A DNA stretch of 64,000 bases from Polyangiaceae bacterium (GCA_033763455.1 JANRKO010000047.1:128001-192000); one strand, 5' to 3'. Counted from the stretch's first letter, positions 10,029 through 21,335 are shown. Program-made: numbers and translations. The notes: generated from the sequence alone by a model not told the origin.

Positions 10029-12251
10029 ATGACCCCAGCACGTCCAGACCTACTACCCGCAGAAGACGCTATAACCCTCCCTCGCCTCATGGCAGCCGCT
10101 CGAAAGAGCTGGGGGTTAATTCTTCTAATTGGCGCCTCCGTTCTTGTTGCGACAGCCTTTTATACACTGCGACAGAGGCCGATCTATCAGTCGAAAGTTA
10201 CCGTGCAGATCGATCCAAACCCGGTCCGTCCGCTGGGCAAGGACGTTCAAGGAGTCGTAGATATTGGAACTGGCGCCTATTGGAGCAACCAGGAATATTA
10301 CAACACTCAGTACAAGATCATCCAAAGCCGGAAAATAGCTGAACAGACGGTCCAGAAGCTTGGTCTCAACCTCGACGTCAACTTCATGCGCAATCAGCCG
10401 GGGGACGCCCGGGGCGACGGTAAGCCAGCCTCCGTGGAGTTAGCTGGTGAGGTGCTGCGCAGTCGCCTCACTGTGGAGCCAGTGAAGGACTCGCGCCTCG
10501 TAGTGATCAGCCTCGAGGATGCTAGCCCAACCCGAGCACAGCGGATTGTGGCCACGCTCGCAGAAATTTACGTAGAGCAGAACATTGATCGCTTCGTGGA
10601 CTCCACGAACTCAGCGGTCGAATGGCTCGGCGAGCAGCTCGACAAGCTAAAGAAGGAACTCGAGCAATCCGAATTTGCCCTGCATCAATATAAGCAGAAA
10701 AACAGCATACTTTCTCTTTCTCTGGACGATCAATCGAACATGCTGCGGGCAGAGATGACCCAGCTCAACGACCAGCTAACCAACGTGCGAACGCGCATTG
10801 AGCACCTCAGCGCGCGCGCGGCGGAAATTGAAAAGCTGCCGGTTGACGACCTTGACAAACTGGCGGTCACCGAACTCCTTCAAAACGCGGTGGTGAACGA
10901 CCTCCGAAAGTCCTACCTTGATGCAGTCCGCGAGCGCGACAGCCTGCTCAGATCAGGCAAAGGTGAAGAGCATCCCCAGAGCCTCTCGGCGACTTCGCGA
11001 GTCGAAACGGCGAAGGCAGCCCTGCTATCCGAAATTCGCAACGTAAGGCTTGCCCTGAAGAATGACCTGGTCGCGTCACGCCGAGAAGCAGAAGGCCTGC
11101 GTTCCCTGTTCGCAAACTCTGAAAAACGAGCGCTCGATCTCAACCTTTTAGAGATGGAGTACGGGCGGCTCCAACGCAGCAAGAATAACACAGAAAAGCT
11201 GTATTCTGTGGTGCTGGATCGGACCAAAGAAAGCGGCTTGAGCGGCCTCATGCGGTTCAACAACATTATGGTCGTTGACTCTGCGCAGCTACCCAAGGGT
11301 CCCATCAAGCCCAATGTCACCTCCAACCTTGCTATTGGAGCCTTCGCGGGCTTGCTGCTGGGATTCATGGTCGCGCTCGGTCGGGATCTCCTTGATCGAA
11401 GCGTGAAGCACCCCGAACAGCTGGAAACGGATCTTGGGCTCACTTTTCTCGGCACACTGCCCCGCGGTGACGCCGCAGACGGAGGCCGCCACTATGGTCG
11501 CCGAAATAGACGCACCGTTCCCGCTGCCGAAGCTGCCGGAAGGATTGAATTGCTCGGCCACACGGATCCCACGAGCGGCCTTGCTGAGGCAGCCCGGGCA
11601 ATTCGCACCAACATCCTCTTTATGTCGCCGGACAACCCTCATCGACGTCTCCTAATTACAAGCGCCGGTCCATCTGAGGGCAAAACGACGGCGGCGTGCT
11701 GCATCGCTGTCGCCATGGCGCAAGCCGGCCAACGAGTCCTCCTAGTAGATTGCGACCTCCGTCGACCCAGGATCCATCGGGTATTCGGCAAGACGAATGA
11801 CGTCGGAGTTACGACAGCACTTTTAGATCCGGCTTCGCTCGATGCCGCTATCCAGTCAACGCCCGTCCAAGGAATGAGCGTTCTGGTCAGTGGCCCTCAG
11901 GTGCCAAACCCGGCGGAAATTCTGCAGAGTGACGCCTTTGGCCATTTGCTCGACGAGCTCTCCGGACGCTTCGATCGAGTTGTAATCGACAGCCCGCCCA
12001 TTGTGCCTGTCACGGACGCAACGGTGCTGTCGAAGCGTGTTGATGGACTCATTCTGGTTGTCCGCGCCTTTGCAACTAATCGCGAATTGGTGCGCCAAGC
12101 CGTGCGTGTTTTGAGGGACGTTAGCGCTCCGTTGATCGGGGCCCTGCTGAACGGCGTGGACTCGGAACGCTCAGGCTACAGCCAGTACCAGTACTACTAT
12201 TCTCGTGGCTACGGGGATAACCCCACCTCCACCGGGGACCGAACGGCATGA
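10029..12251 (+). CDS. wzc: Polysaccharide co-polymerase / BY-kinase Wzc
   Basis: Two TMs flank a coiled-coil periplasmic domain. Walker A SAGPSEGKTT, A' VLLVDCDLRRP, Walker B VVIDSPP; C-terminal Tyr cluster GYSQYQYYYSRGYG. Confidence 0.93.
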   Translation: MTPARPDLLPAEDAITLPRLMAAARKSWGLILLIGASVLVATAFYTLRQRPIYQSKVTVQIDPNPVRPLGKDVQGVVDIGTGAYWSNQEYYNTQYKIIQSRKIAEQTVQKLGLNLDVNFMRNQPGDARGDGKPASVELAGEVLRSRLTVEPVKDSRLVVISLEDASPTRAQRIVATLAEIYVEQNIDRFVDSTNSAVEWLGEQLDKLKKELEQSEFALHQYKQKNSILSLSLDDQSNMLRAEMTQLNDQLTNVRTRIEHLSARAAEIEKLPVDDLDKLAVTELLQNAVVNDLRKSYLDAVRERDSLLRSGKGEEHPQSLSATSRVETAKAALLSEIRNVRLALKNDLVASRREAEGLRSLFANSEKRALDLNLLEMEYGRLQRSKNNTEKLYSVVLDRTKESGLSGLMRFNNIMVVDSAQLPKGPIKPNVTSNLAIGAFAGLLLGFMVALGRDLLDRSVKHPEQLETDLGLTFLGTLPRGDAADGGRHYGRRNRRTVPAAEAAGRIELLGHTDPTSGLAEAARAIRTNILFMSPDNPHRRLLITSAGPSEGKTTAACCIAVAMAQAGQRVLLVDCDLRRPRIHRVFGKTNDVGVTTALLDPASLDAAIQSTPVQGMSVLVSGPQVPNPAEILQSDAFGHLLDELSGRFDRVVIDSPPIVPVTDATVLSKRVDGLILVVRAFATNRELVRQAVRVLRDVSAPLIGALLNGVDSERSGYSQYQYYYSRGYGDNPTSTGDRTA

Positions 12252-12278
12252 TTTGCAGCTACAGCGGAGGCTCGAACG

Positions 12279-14237
12279 GTGCGTCGTCTCCTCAATAGAA
12301 CTTCCCAAATCCTCCTTGATCTCCTGGCGTTGAGCATTGCCTTCGCCTTAGCGTTCTTCGCCCGCTTTGACTGGGCACCACCGGCGGAAATGGTCACGCG
12401 CGGCGGTCTTTTGTTGCCCTATGTAGTTGCCCTGCAGTACGCAATCCTGACGAGCTTTGGAATCAATCGCTACGTGTGGCGCTACGTGGGGCTGCGCGAG
12501 GCTACCCGCATTTTCATTGCGATCTCGCTTTCCTCGGCTCTCTTGTTGCTCTGCCGGCTGGTGCTGCCGCTGTTCTTCAATTCAAGGCTCGTGACCGTCG
12601 TTTTGCCCCTAGGCGTCATCCTCATCAATTTTCCGCTAGCGTTTCTCTCGACTGCAGGCCTTCGTGTCGCGCGACGCCTTTTCGCAGAGCGGAACCTGCT
12701 GCGGTCTAGGCAAGCCGATACGGCGGAGCCCATTCCCACTATCTTGGTCGGCGCAGGGCAGGTCGGCCTCCTGGTCGCCAAGGAGCTCGAAGCTCGCCCC
12801 GATGTTGGCATTATGCCCATTGCATTCGTCGACGACGACTCACTCAAACACGGCAGCGTACTTCACGGGCTCCCGGTGAGAGGCGGTCCCGACGCAATAT
12901 TAAAAATCGTCAGAGAAACAGGCGCGCAACAGGTGCTCATAACCATCGCTAACCCTTCGGGCGACGTAATCCGTCGCATCAGTGAGTTGAGCGAGTCTAT
13001 TGGTATCTCGGTAAAAATTGTTCCGGGCCTCTACGAGTTGATGACAGGCTCGGTAAACCTTTCGCGTATACGAAGCGTCTCGATCGAAGACCTGCTTCGG
13101 CGCAAACCCGTGATTCTTACCACGGATAAGATTGAGGGGTTTCTCGCTGCGCGAACGGTAGCCGTTACCGGAGCTGGGGGCAGCATCGGCTCCGAGCTGT
13201 GCCGCCAGATCTGTGCGTTCCAGCCCGGATGCTTGGTGCTGGTGGAGCAAGCCGAGAACGCCTTATTTTCAATCCATTGCGAGCTCGCACGGGCATTCCC
13301 CAACCTCGAGATCGTCCCCTGTATCGCGGACGTCTGCGATAGCAAGCGAATTGAGACAATCTTTGCGCAGCACAGGCCTTCGGCGGTGTTCCATGCGGCC
13401 GCGCACAAGCACGTACCGATGATGGAATTGAATGTTGGCGAGGCAATCAAGAACAATATTAACGGAACGCGCATCGTAGCCGACGCCGCGCATGCCGCAG
13501 GTGTTGAGCGCTTTGTGCTTGTTTCCACAGACAAAGCCGTTAACCCCTCGTCGGTGATGGGCGCCACTAAGCGCGCAGCGGAGCTCTACATCCAGTCGCT
13601 TTCCGAACGCAGCGCAACGAGATTTGCGGCTGTGCGCTTTGGTAATGTGCTCGGAAGTGCAGGCAGCGTCGTGCCCATCTTTCAGGCGCAGATTGCCCGG
13701 GGTGGGCCTGTTACGGTGACAGACCCAGAGATGAGGCGCTACTTCATGACCATTCCGGAGGCGTGTCAGCTCGTGCTGCAAGCCGCTTCAATGGGAGAAG
13801 GTGGGGAGATTTTCGTGCTGGATATGGGTCAACCGGTCAAGATTGTGGACCTTGCCCGAGACCTCATTCGCCTAAGCGGCCTTCGACCTGACCTTGACGT
13901 GAAAATCGTTTTCACTGGCGTGAGGCCGGGAGAAAAACTCTTCGAGGAGCTCATCGCCGACGATGAACGCACGATGAAGACAACCCACCCAAGCATTCTG
14001 ATCGGGCGTTTGAAATCACCTCCCTGGGAGTCAACATCAGAGCGAGTCGACTCAATCGTTAATGCAGCGCTTGCGCAACAGCCGGAGGATGCACTCCGAG
14101 AAAGGCTCCTAGCTCTCGTCCCTGAGTACGCAAGGCCGACGGAAGACCACTCCGCCGACCGCCTGGCTCGCTCCATTGATGTCCACCAATCGGCTCACGC
14201 GCCTCACCTCATGCAGAAGGCCGTTCCAACTACCTAA
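12279..14237 (+). CDS. pglF: Membrane-bound UDP-GlcNAc 4,6-dehydratase (PglF/CapD/WbpM/EpsC family)
   Basis: Four N-terminal TMs; SIEDLLRR, VTGAGGSIGSEL, HAAAHKHVP, STDKAVNP..MGATK, RFGNVLGSAGSV, RPGEKLFEEL. Confidence 0.92.
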   Translation: MRRLLNRTSQILLDLLALSIAFALAFFARFDWAPPAEMVTRGGLLLPYVVALQYAILTSFGINRYVWRYVGLREATRIFIAISLSSALLLLCRLVLPLFFNSRLVTVVLPLGVILINFPLAFLSTAGLRVARRLFAERNLLRSRQADTAEPIPTILVGAGQVGLLVAKELEARPDVGIMPIAFVDDDSLKHGSVLHGLPVRGGPDAILKIVRETGAQQVLITIANPSGDVIRRISELSESIGISVKIVPGLYELMTGSVNLSRIRSVSIEDLLRRKPVILTTDKIEGFLAARTVAVTGAGGSIGSELCRQICAFQPGCLVLVEQAENALFSIHCELARAFPNLEIVPCIADVCDSKRIETIFAQHRPSAVFHAAAHKHVPMMELNVGEAIKNNINGTRIVADAAHAAGVERFVLVSTDKAVNPSSVMGATKRAAELYIQSLSERSATRFAAVRFGNVLGSAGSVVPIFQAQIARGGPVTVTDPEMRRYFMTIPEACQLVLQAASMGEGGEIFVLDMGQPVKIVDLARDLIRLSGLRPDLDVKIVFTGVRPGEKLFEELIADDERTMKTTHPSILIGRLKSPPWESTSERVDSIVNAALAQQPEDALRERLLALVPEYARPTEDHSADRLARSIDVHQSAHAPHLMQKAVPTT

Positions 14238-14353
14238 ACTTCATGACCGTTTCTCTTAAAGACTGTGCGGCGCGGAGCTCGTCCACCGGTCCGTCTACCG
14301 ACCATCCAATGCCAGGGCAGCATGCGCCAAGGCGCGTTAGGGTCGGGTAGGCC

Positions 14354-15817
14354 ATGGCCTCGGCGCCAATCACAGCAGTCCCCGGTGCCCGCAACCCTGC
14401 TTGGACGCTCCTTCGAATTTTCCTTTTCGCCGGCGCAGCATGCATCGTTTTCCTATTTGTCACTAACCAGGCGAGCAATGAGGAGATCATAGCTGTTCTC
14501 CCATGGCTTTGCGTTGCGGTGGCGTTGCAGCTCCTTCCCATATTCACAACACGCTCGGGCGACCTATTCAGCCCGCCATCTTGGACTGGGCTCAAGGACG
14601 GTTTCGATCTCATAGTGATCATCGTCGGGGTCTTCGCAGCCCAACGGATCGAGCTGGGCCCGCTGTCGGCCCTGTCCACGGCAACCCGTATTGACCTCAC
14701 CCAGCAAGTGGCGATGCTGCAAATCACCTCGCGCGGCGCGTACCTCCTTGGGTACTTTTGGCCAATTAATCGCGGGCTCGCTACCCGCTTCCCGGACTTA
14801 ACCGCGCGCGCTTGGCGGCCCACTCGCCTCCTCTTCGCTTCGCTAATTCTAGCGAGCATTTTCGTGTTTACGTACGCCCAGTTTCAGTCGCGTTTGGGGG
14901 GCGATCTTTGGGACATCACGCGACTCCGGGAAGGAAAGGCCGTATGGCGCGACGATGTGACGATGACCTGGATGACGCGCGGGGTTCAATTCGGCTTCTT
15001 ACCTGTCATCTTGCTATTTCTGTACTCGGGAACTACGCGTTCGCGGGCAGCCCTAGTCACGAGCGGTCTGCTCTTCCTAGTTGTGGCTTTCTTCGCTAAC
15101 CGCTTGGGGCAGCGGGGCCCGGCTGTTGCGGTGGGCGCTGCCCTGCTGATGCTCTTTCACTATACCTGGCGGCGGGTGCCCCTGGCCTCCTTTGTGGGCT
15201 TACTGCTCATTGCGCTAGTCACAACCAATGTGCTCGGAACCTTTCGCAGCAGTGAACGCGTCGACACCACCTTCGAGGATGAATTTTCTGCTCGTATTTC
15301 CAAACCAGGAGATGCGATGGCCGAGCATGCCACTGATCGAGCCAGGCTAACGGCTCAAGCAGCTGTGCTATATTACTTTCCCGACAAGCGCAGCTATCTT
15401 TTGGGCGAGAGCTGGGAGCCGCTAGCAACGCTGCTCATCCCCAAATGGATTTGGCCGGAAAAGCACGACGGGGAACTCTGGACCGACACGCGTATCGTCC
15501 CAAGGCTCATCGGAGTCCTTGCGCCAGTTTCGTTTCCCACGATGCTTTACGCAAATTTCTCATGGATTGGAGTATTCTTGTGCATGTATCTATGGGGAGT
15601 GTTCCACGCGAACCTGTATGCATGGCACACAAACGCCAGCGTCCCCTCCACCGCAATGCTGTACGTCCTCACTCTCGTGGTGTTCACGCCGACCTTTTTG
15701 GGTATTTCAGGGGCGCTACAATTCGTATTGCCGATGCTTTTATTGCTGCGTTTTGTCACTGTGAAGCGCCACACTACTCCGGCTGAGAACCGTAGGAATA
15801 CGCCTCGAACGTTCTGA
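14354..15817 (+). CDS. wzy: Putative polysaccharide polymerase (Wzy-like polytopic membrane protein)
   Basis: About 11 TMs with two large loops, an LIPKWIWPEK motif and a position after wzc-pglF. The family call is inferred from topology and context. Confidence 0.6.
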   Translation: MASAPITAVPGARNPAWTLLRIFLFAGAACIVFLFVTNQASNEEIIAVLPWLCVAVALQLLPIFTTRSGDLFSPPSWTGLKDGFDLIVIIVGVFAAQRIELGPLSALSTATRIDLTQQVAMLQITSRGAYLLGYFWPINRGLATRFPDLTARAWRPTRLLFASLILASIFVFTYAQFQSRLGGDLWDITRLREGKAVWRDDVTMTWMTRGVQFGFLPVILLFLYSGTTRSRAALVTSGLLFLVVAFFANRLGQRGPAVAVGAALLMLFHYTWRRVPLASFVGLLLIALVTTNVLGTFRSSERVDTTFEDEFSARISKPGDAMAEHATDRARLTAQAAVLYYFPDKRSYLLGESWEPLATLLIPKWIWPEKHDGELWTDTRIVPRLIGVLAPVSFPTMLYANFSWIGVFLCMYLWGVFHANLYAWHTNASVPSTAMLYVLTLVVFTPTFLGISGALQFVLPMLLLLRFVTVKRHTTPAENRRNTPRTF

Positions 15818-17143
15818 AATACTCACAAAGCTAGTAGCCAGCGCCATCAGCGCCCAAACATGGCGGGCCTCTTCGACCGCGGCAAAAAAGCCATGGAAGA
15901 GGAACGCTCCCGTGAAGCACGCGAGCAGTACCACCGCAAGAGCACGAGAGTCCCCTGAAGAAGAACGGGTTAACTCGCCTACAGGTTTCCAAATCACCCA
16001 GAGGAGGACCAGCAACGCAAGCAGACCCAAAACCCCGGATTGACCTGCAACATTTAGCCACACGTTGTGCGCTTCTAGCCATTGGGGAGCCAACTCACTG
16101 CCCAGCAGCTTGTCTAGCTTCGTGGCGGGCACGAATGCCCGTGGGTCACTGACAAGCGCAACGGGGCGGCCGTAGCCGATGCCAGTGATCGGATGCTCTC
16201 TCAGTGTCGTCCAGGCGGCGCGCCAAACGGACGGGCGGGAGGCGCCAGTGATAGCAACACCGTGGTCCCCCCAGGTAAAGTCCCCTTTGCCGGCTGGCAC
16301 CACTGATGCTACAGAGGCAAACACCAAAATCGCCGCGGCAGCGAGCGTTCCAACGCTAGAGGCGAGAAGAACGGCTGGCCGCCACATTGTTCGGTTCGGC
16401 CTCCAACGATTAAACAGTACAGCGAGGGAACCCGCCAAGAGGGCTGGGAAACCATTAGACATGGCCAATGCACCGACCACGAGCGCACCTAACCCGCCGA
16501 GCACAAGGACCGTGGACGAAAGGCGATCCCAGAGCGCAAACAAGCCCAAGGGAACCGCCACGGCGAGGTAGTTTTCCAACATGTTCGAGTTGCGAAACGG
16601 TGCGCACAACCGCGGAAGGTCCCCCGGGGAAAGGCTCCCATACCCGCAGCTTAGCAGCGTATTCACGCCGCCAGGGTCCCAGTAGAAGGCCACTAACCCG
16701 ACGATCCCTGTAACCACCGATGCGGCTGCGCCAAGCGCCCATGCGACAAGCACTTTTTCGACTTTCGCTCTGCTATCAACGACTGTCGGCCAAACTGCAA
16801 CCTGGAGAATGTACCCTCCGTACGCGACCAGCTTAACGAAGCCCCACGGGCTCGCCAGCGTAGAGGCCAGGAGCGACACAGCCAGTGCCGCCAGAAAACT
16901 AAGCGCAGAAAGCACCGGCGCCCGCCACTCGACGCGATGCACGCCCCGAACCGATTGGCACACCCACACGCAATAAAACGCAACCAGAAGCGCATCCGAG
17001 AGGGTTACCGGTGTGGCTCCGATCGTGGCGGAAATTCGAGGTAACGCGAGCGACAGAACTCCGAGGCGAAGGATACAAAAAGACAGACCCCCAGTGCCTT
17101 CGGAGGGCTCAATTGTCAATTCCCTGCCTGGCAAGGGCGTCAT
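15740..17143 (-). CDS. O-antigen ligase (Wzy_C) family protein, paralog 1
   Basis: R...F.NSN..NYL, SR..VW..A....EHPITGIGYG, AHNVWL....QSGVLGL. Confidence 0.8.
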   Translation of the reverse strand: MTPLPGRELTIEPSEGTGGLSFCILRLGVLSLALPRISATIGATPVTLSDALLVAFYCVWVCQSVRGVHRVEWRAPVLSALSFLAALAVSLLASTLASPWGFVKLVAYGGYILQVAVWPTVVDSRAKVEKVLVAWALGAAASVVTGIVGLVAFYWDPGGVNTLLSCGYGSLSPGDLPRLCAPFRNSNMLENYLAVAVPLGLFALWDRLSSTVLVLGGLGALVVGALAMSNGFPALLAGSLAVLFNRWRPNRTMWRPAVLLASSVGTLAAAAILVFASVASVVPAGKGDFTWGDHGVAITGASRPSVWRAAWTTLREHPITGIGYGRPVALVSDPRAFVPATKLDKLLGSELAPQWLEAHNVWLNVAGQSGVLGLLALLVLLWVIWKPVGELTRSSSGDSRALAVVLLACFTGAFLFHGFFAAVEEARHVWALMALATSFVSISERSRRIPTVLSRSSVALHSDKTQQ

Positions 17144-17376
17144 CCTCGATTAGAGGTATGGCACGTTTCGGAGATGCTAATCAACACTCGGGTCCCCGTC
17201 TTCGAGGGCGCATTTGCGAGGGTTACGCGAAGTGGTTGCGGGGCGCGCCAACCCGGGCGAAACAGCCATCCCCCGCCCAACAAACAATCGGCGCGCAACT
17301 TTGCATGCTTTACTTCCCACAATCCTTTTCCGGGGATCCGTTGCACCAGGCGTGGTAGCTTGATATGCGTGGTGTT

Positions 17377-19209
17377 GTGTGTGGTATCGTCGGCATTGTA
17401 TCGAACGAGCGGATAAGCGTCGAAGCCCTCACGACTGCCCGCGACACACTCTCTCATCGCGGGCGTGACGACAGCGGCACATGGTTGTCTCCTTCGGGAC
17501 GGGCGGCATTGGCACACCGGCGTCTCTCGATCCTCGACCTTTCCTCCGCGGGCCGCCAGCCATTATTGAGCGCACAGGGCCGCCTTGCAATCTCGTACAA
17601 TGGCGAGATTTACAATTTTGCTGAATTGCGACGAGACTTGCAGGGTTTCGGTCACTCCTTTCGAACAAATACCGACACAGAGGTGGTGTTAGCTGCTTAC
17701 GACCAGTGGGGCCCAGATTGCGTCCGTCGGTTTCGCGGGATGTTCGCGTTTGCCATTTGGGACGAACGCAAACAAGAATTGTTTATTGCGCGGGATCGGC
17801 TTGGGATCAAACCACTCTACTATTACCACGACGGGACGACGTTTGCGTTCGCATCTGAGCTCAAAGCGATCGAGAGACTATCGTCCTTGACGTTGGTTGT
17901 CGATGAGACAGCCTTGTACGACTTCCTTACGTACATGTATATTCCAGCCCCAAAAACGCCCTATACCAACGTAAGGAAGGTTTTGCCTGCACACACCCTG
18001 ACGCTGAGCGATGGGCGCTTGACTACTCACTGCTATTGGGATGTGGCGTTCGATAGCCACGGGGGACCGAAAAGCGAGAAGGATGCCGTCGAGGGTGTGA
18101 CGAGCCTCTTGCGGGACGCCGTGAGAAGCCACTTGGTGGCCGACGTGCCGGTCGGGTGTCTCCTCTCGGGCGGCGTAGATTCAAGCGGTGTGACGGCCAT
18201 TGCTCAAGAATTTGTTGCACGTCCGCTTCAGACTTTCTCAATTGGATTTGATGTCGCAAGTCAGAATGAAACATTATTCGCGCGGGAGATCGCTAACAAG
18301 TTCAGAACCGAGCACACTGAGTACACGGTTTCAGCGGCGCGAGCGAAGGAGTTACTCGGGCGCCTTCCGGGAATCTACGACGAACCATTTGGCGATAGCT
18401 CGGCAATTCCGACCTTTGCCGTTTGCGAGCTCGCCAAACGTTCAGTTACCGTGGCACTCAGCGGGGATGGAGGCGACGAAGTGTTCGGAGGTTACACCTG
18501 GTACGAAAGGCACCGCACTCTGAGGTCGCTAGCCCACCTCCCCGATGCCTTTCGCGAACTCTTTCCGTTTGCGATCGATCGATCGGCACTTTTACGCCTC
18601 CCTAGGGTCCCTGCGATCCTGAATCGCATCCGTTCTCAGATCGAGCGTCACGTTTTGCTGTTGGGAGGATTTAGCAAGGGACAAAAGGCTACGCTGCTAA
18701 CGCCTGAAATGGCTCGTCGCTATCGAGACTACGACGACTATTGGTATTTTAAGGCCCACTGGCGAGCAGATTTGCCACTCATTTCCCGCCTTCAATACCT
18801 CGATCTCCACACCTATTTGCCCGACGACATCTTGACCAAGGTGGATCGCGCCAGCATGGCGCTCGGGCTTGAGCTGCGTCCCCCACTAATCGACCACCCG
18901 CTGCTGGAATTTGTCGCGTCTGTTCCAGCGAAGATTCGAGTGCCACCGGGACGGCTGAAACATCTTCTTAAGATGGCCCTTCGGGAGGTCCTCCCTCGTT
19001 CTATTCTGGAAAGGCCCAAGCAGGGGTTCAGCGTCCCTTTGGCGGCATGGGCTGCTGAGCTTCGATTGCCGGCACACAGAAGCTGGTCTGGAACTGTTAC
19101 CCAAAGCTGGCTCACGCACGTTTTGGCTACCTGGGAGCGTGCGCATAATTTCGGGGGCCGCACTAAATTGATCAACGAGCGCTTGTTCCAGGGTCCAACC
19201 GCACAATGA
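17377..19209 (+). CDS. asnB: Asparagine synthase (glutamine-hydrolysing)-like amidotransferase 1
   Basis: GTG-CGIVG N-terminal nucleophile, HRGRD, HRRLSILDL, YNGEIYN, LLSGGVDSS, SGDGGDEVFGGY, LTKVDRASMA. Confidence 0.92.
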   Translation: MCGIVGIVSNERISVEALTTARDTLSHRGRDDSGTWLSPSGRAALAHRRLSILDLSSAGRQPLLSAQGRLAISYNGEIYNFAELRRDLQGFGHSFRTNTDTEVVLAAYDQWGPDCVRRFRGMFAFAIWDERKQELFIARDRLGIKPLYYYHDGTTFAFASELKAIERLSSLTLVVDETALYDFLTYMYIPAPKTPYTNVRKVLPAHTLTLSDGRLTTHCYWDVAFDSHGGPKSEKDAVEGVTSLLRDAVRSHLVADVPVGCLLSGGVDSSGVTAIAQEFVARPLQTFSIGFDVASQNETLFAREIANKFRTEHTEYTVSAARAKELLGRLPGIYDEPFGDSSAIPTFAVCELAKRSVTVALSGDGGDEVFGGYTWYERHRTLRSLAHLPDAFRELFPFAIDRSALLRLPRVPAILNRIRSQIERHVLLLGGFSKGQKATLLTPEMARRYRDYDDYWYFKAHWRADLPLISRLQYLDLHTYLPDDILTKVDRASMALGLELRPPLIDHPLLEFVASVPAKIRVPPGRLKHLLKMALREVLPRSILERPKQGFSVPLAAWAAELRLPAHRSWSGTVTQSWLTHVLATWERAHNFGGRTKLINERLFQGPTAQ

Positions 19210-20369
19210 GAATTGCCTATATTTCAGAAAACTATCAGCCCTCCATCGCTGCCAATTCCACACAGACTCTTCAAATGGCCGCCGCGCTGGGAGCGCTCGG
19301 GCACAAGGTCGAGGTTCTCTCACCCAATCATCCGAGTGCAGTTCGAGAAGCTAGGTTTGCTCGCCTCTGCGAAGACTATTCCCTCGAACCGACCTTCTTA
19401 CTACGCTATCTTCCCCATCTAAGGTTAGCCAACGGACGGTTCGGTGGCTCATTTGGGCTCCTGGCGACGTTTCTGGCTCGGGCCGAGAACTTCGATCTTG
19501 TCTTTACGCGAAATGTCCGAATTGCTTCCGCAGCCGCAAGGCTAGGTTGTCGCGTTGTTCAGGAATCGCACTCCCCTCACGGCTCGGCCGAAAGTGAGCG
19601 CCAGCATAAAGCCGCCCTTCGCCTCGCGAGAAGTCCTTCGCTAAAACGCTGGGTCTTTATAAGCAAAAGGCTTATGGATCTCGTCCGTGAAGACGTCCCG
19701 ATCCCTGGCCCGCTCTGTGTGGTTGCCCACGACGCGGTCGACCTCGCTCGGTTCTCACCAGGGATGGCAAGGGATGAGGCGAGAGCGAAACTTGGGCTTG
19801 CCCTGCCACGACCTTTGGTAGTGCATTCCGGGCACCTGTATCCCGGGCGGGGTGCAGACCTTCTTGTCCAAGTCGCTCAGCGCCTTCCGCAGGCTGACTT
19901 TGTGTTTGTCGGCGGCGCCAGCCACGATATTGCCCGCATCCAAGCGGAGGCTAAGAAGCTTAAGCTTTCCAACGTGCGGCTCGTAGGCCACCTTCGGCTA
20001 CCGGACATTCCGCCCTATTTGTTCGCCGCCAATGTCCTCGTTATGCCCTACACCTCTAACACGGTCACGTCTGATCGAAAGACGCATACAATCGAATACG
20101 CTTCGCCCATGAAGCTCTTTGAGTACATGGCCGCTGGCCGCGGGATCGTGGCCACACGGTTCCCGGCCATCCTTGAAGTCCTTAAAGACGGCACCAACGC
20201 ACGTATTGTTGAGGCGGACTCGGTTGAGGCTCTCTACAACGGCATTCTAGACTTGGTGTCAAATCCCAGCGCTTCTGACCTTCTCGGTGCCCAGGCGCGG
20301 GCGGATGTGAGCTCCCATACCTGGGAAGGTCGCGCCAGAACCATCCTGCAAGGTCTGGAGATCTCTTGA
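19206..20369 (+). CDS. Glycosyltransferase family 4
   Basis: SGHLYPGRG, SPMKLFEYMAAG. Confidence 0.88.
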   Translation: MRIAYISENYQPSIAANSTQTLQMAAALGALGHKVEVLSPNHPSAVREARFARLCEDYSLEPTFLLRYLPHLRLANGRFGGSFGLLATFLARAENFDLVFTRNVRIASAAARLGCRVVQESHSPHGSAESERQHKAALRLARSPSLKRWVFISKRLMDLVREDVPIPGPLCVVAHDAVDLARFSPGMARDEARAKLGLALPRPLVVHSGHLYPGRGADLLVQVAQRLPQADFVFVGGASHDIARIQAEAKKLKLSNVRLVGHLRLPDIPPYLFAANVLVMPYTSNTVTSDRKTHTIEYASPMKLFEYMAAGRGIVATRFPAILEVLKDGTNARIVEADSVEALYNGILDLVSNPSASDLLGAQARADVSSHTWEGRARTILQGLEIS

Positions 20370-21247
20370 TGCTTCCAAAACCGGCATGCGCGTGCGGCGC
20401 CGTTCTCGAATGGCGGGTAATGATCGGTATCGGCGCCGACGGTACCCCTCGTTCGATCCTCCGGTGCCGCCGCTGCGACTTATTGTCACCCCATCCGCTG
20501 CCCTCAGCAGAGGAACTGCGTGCCCAGTATAATGGATATGGAACCTATGCCATGCGTGCACAGCTTTCAGACGACGTGGCACTCAAACGTTCGCAAGCCC
20601 AGGATGTAGCGGCGAAGCTCAAAAAGCGCCTGGGGAAGAGTATCCAAGGCCTTAAGCTGGTTGAAGTGGGATGCGCCGCCGGAGCCCTTCTCGTCGGATT
20701 GGCAGACGCGGGGTTCGACGTCCGGGGTGTCGAGGTGGACCAGGTGAACGGCCAAGTGGCGCTCCAGCGAATGGGTACTGGAAAGGTTCACATCGGATCA
20801 TTGGAAACGGCTGCCTTCGCCGATGAGTCGTTTGATGTTGTTTTCTCAGACCAGGTTATCGAACACGTTGCAGACACTCGACCATTCGTGAACGAGTGTT
20901 TTCGAATTCTGAAGCCCGGGGGGCTGATGTGGGTTGGAACCCCAAACTTTGGAGGCCTCTCAGCAAGACTGCTAAAGCACCGGTGGAAGGAATGCGTTCC
21001 GACAGAACACATACGTATGTTTACGCCTGAGTCGATGAGATACTACCTGATGGGCGGTGGGTTCTCTAGGGTGGAGGTTTGGACTCACGGTCTCTCACTC
21101 GTCCGGCGCGTTGGCCATGCGGAATCGGAGTATCGTCAGAACCTCTTGCCTCTACGTCGCGAAGGGTTGGCTAGGCGCACTCTCTCTAAGTTAGCTTCCT
21201 TGGCGTCGATGGGTGATGGTCTTTCAGCCTTTGCTCTGCGATCCTAG
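20366..21247 (+). CDS. Class I SAM-dependent methyltransferase with N-terminal Cys motif
   Basis: CACG...CRRC, VEVGCAAG, FDVV..QVIEHV, LKPGG. Confidence 0.85.
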   Translation: MMLPKPACACGAVLEWRVMIGIGADGTPRSILRCRRCDLLSPHPLPSAEELRAQYNGYGTYAMRAQLSDDVALKRSQAQDVAAKLKKRLGKSIQGLKLVEVGCAAGALLVGLADAGFDVRGVEVDQVNGQVALQRMGTGKVHIGSLETAAFADESFDVVFSDQVIEHVADTRPFVNECFRILKPGGLMWVGTPNFGGLSARLLKHRWKECVPTEHIRMFTPESMRYYLMGGGFSRVEVWTHGLSLVRRVGHAESEYRQNLLPLRREGLARRTLSKLASLASMGDGLSAFALRS

Positions 21248-21335
21248 CTGGCCTTTGCTGCTCACCCGCAATGTCGTCGAGCGAATGTCAAAGCTTCACG
21301 AGGCTAAACCTCTCTGACAGCACGCAAAGGGCGAA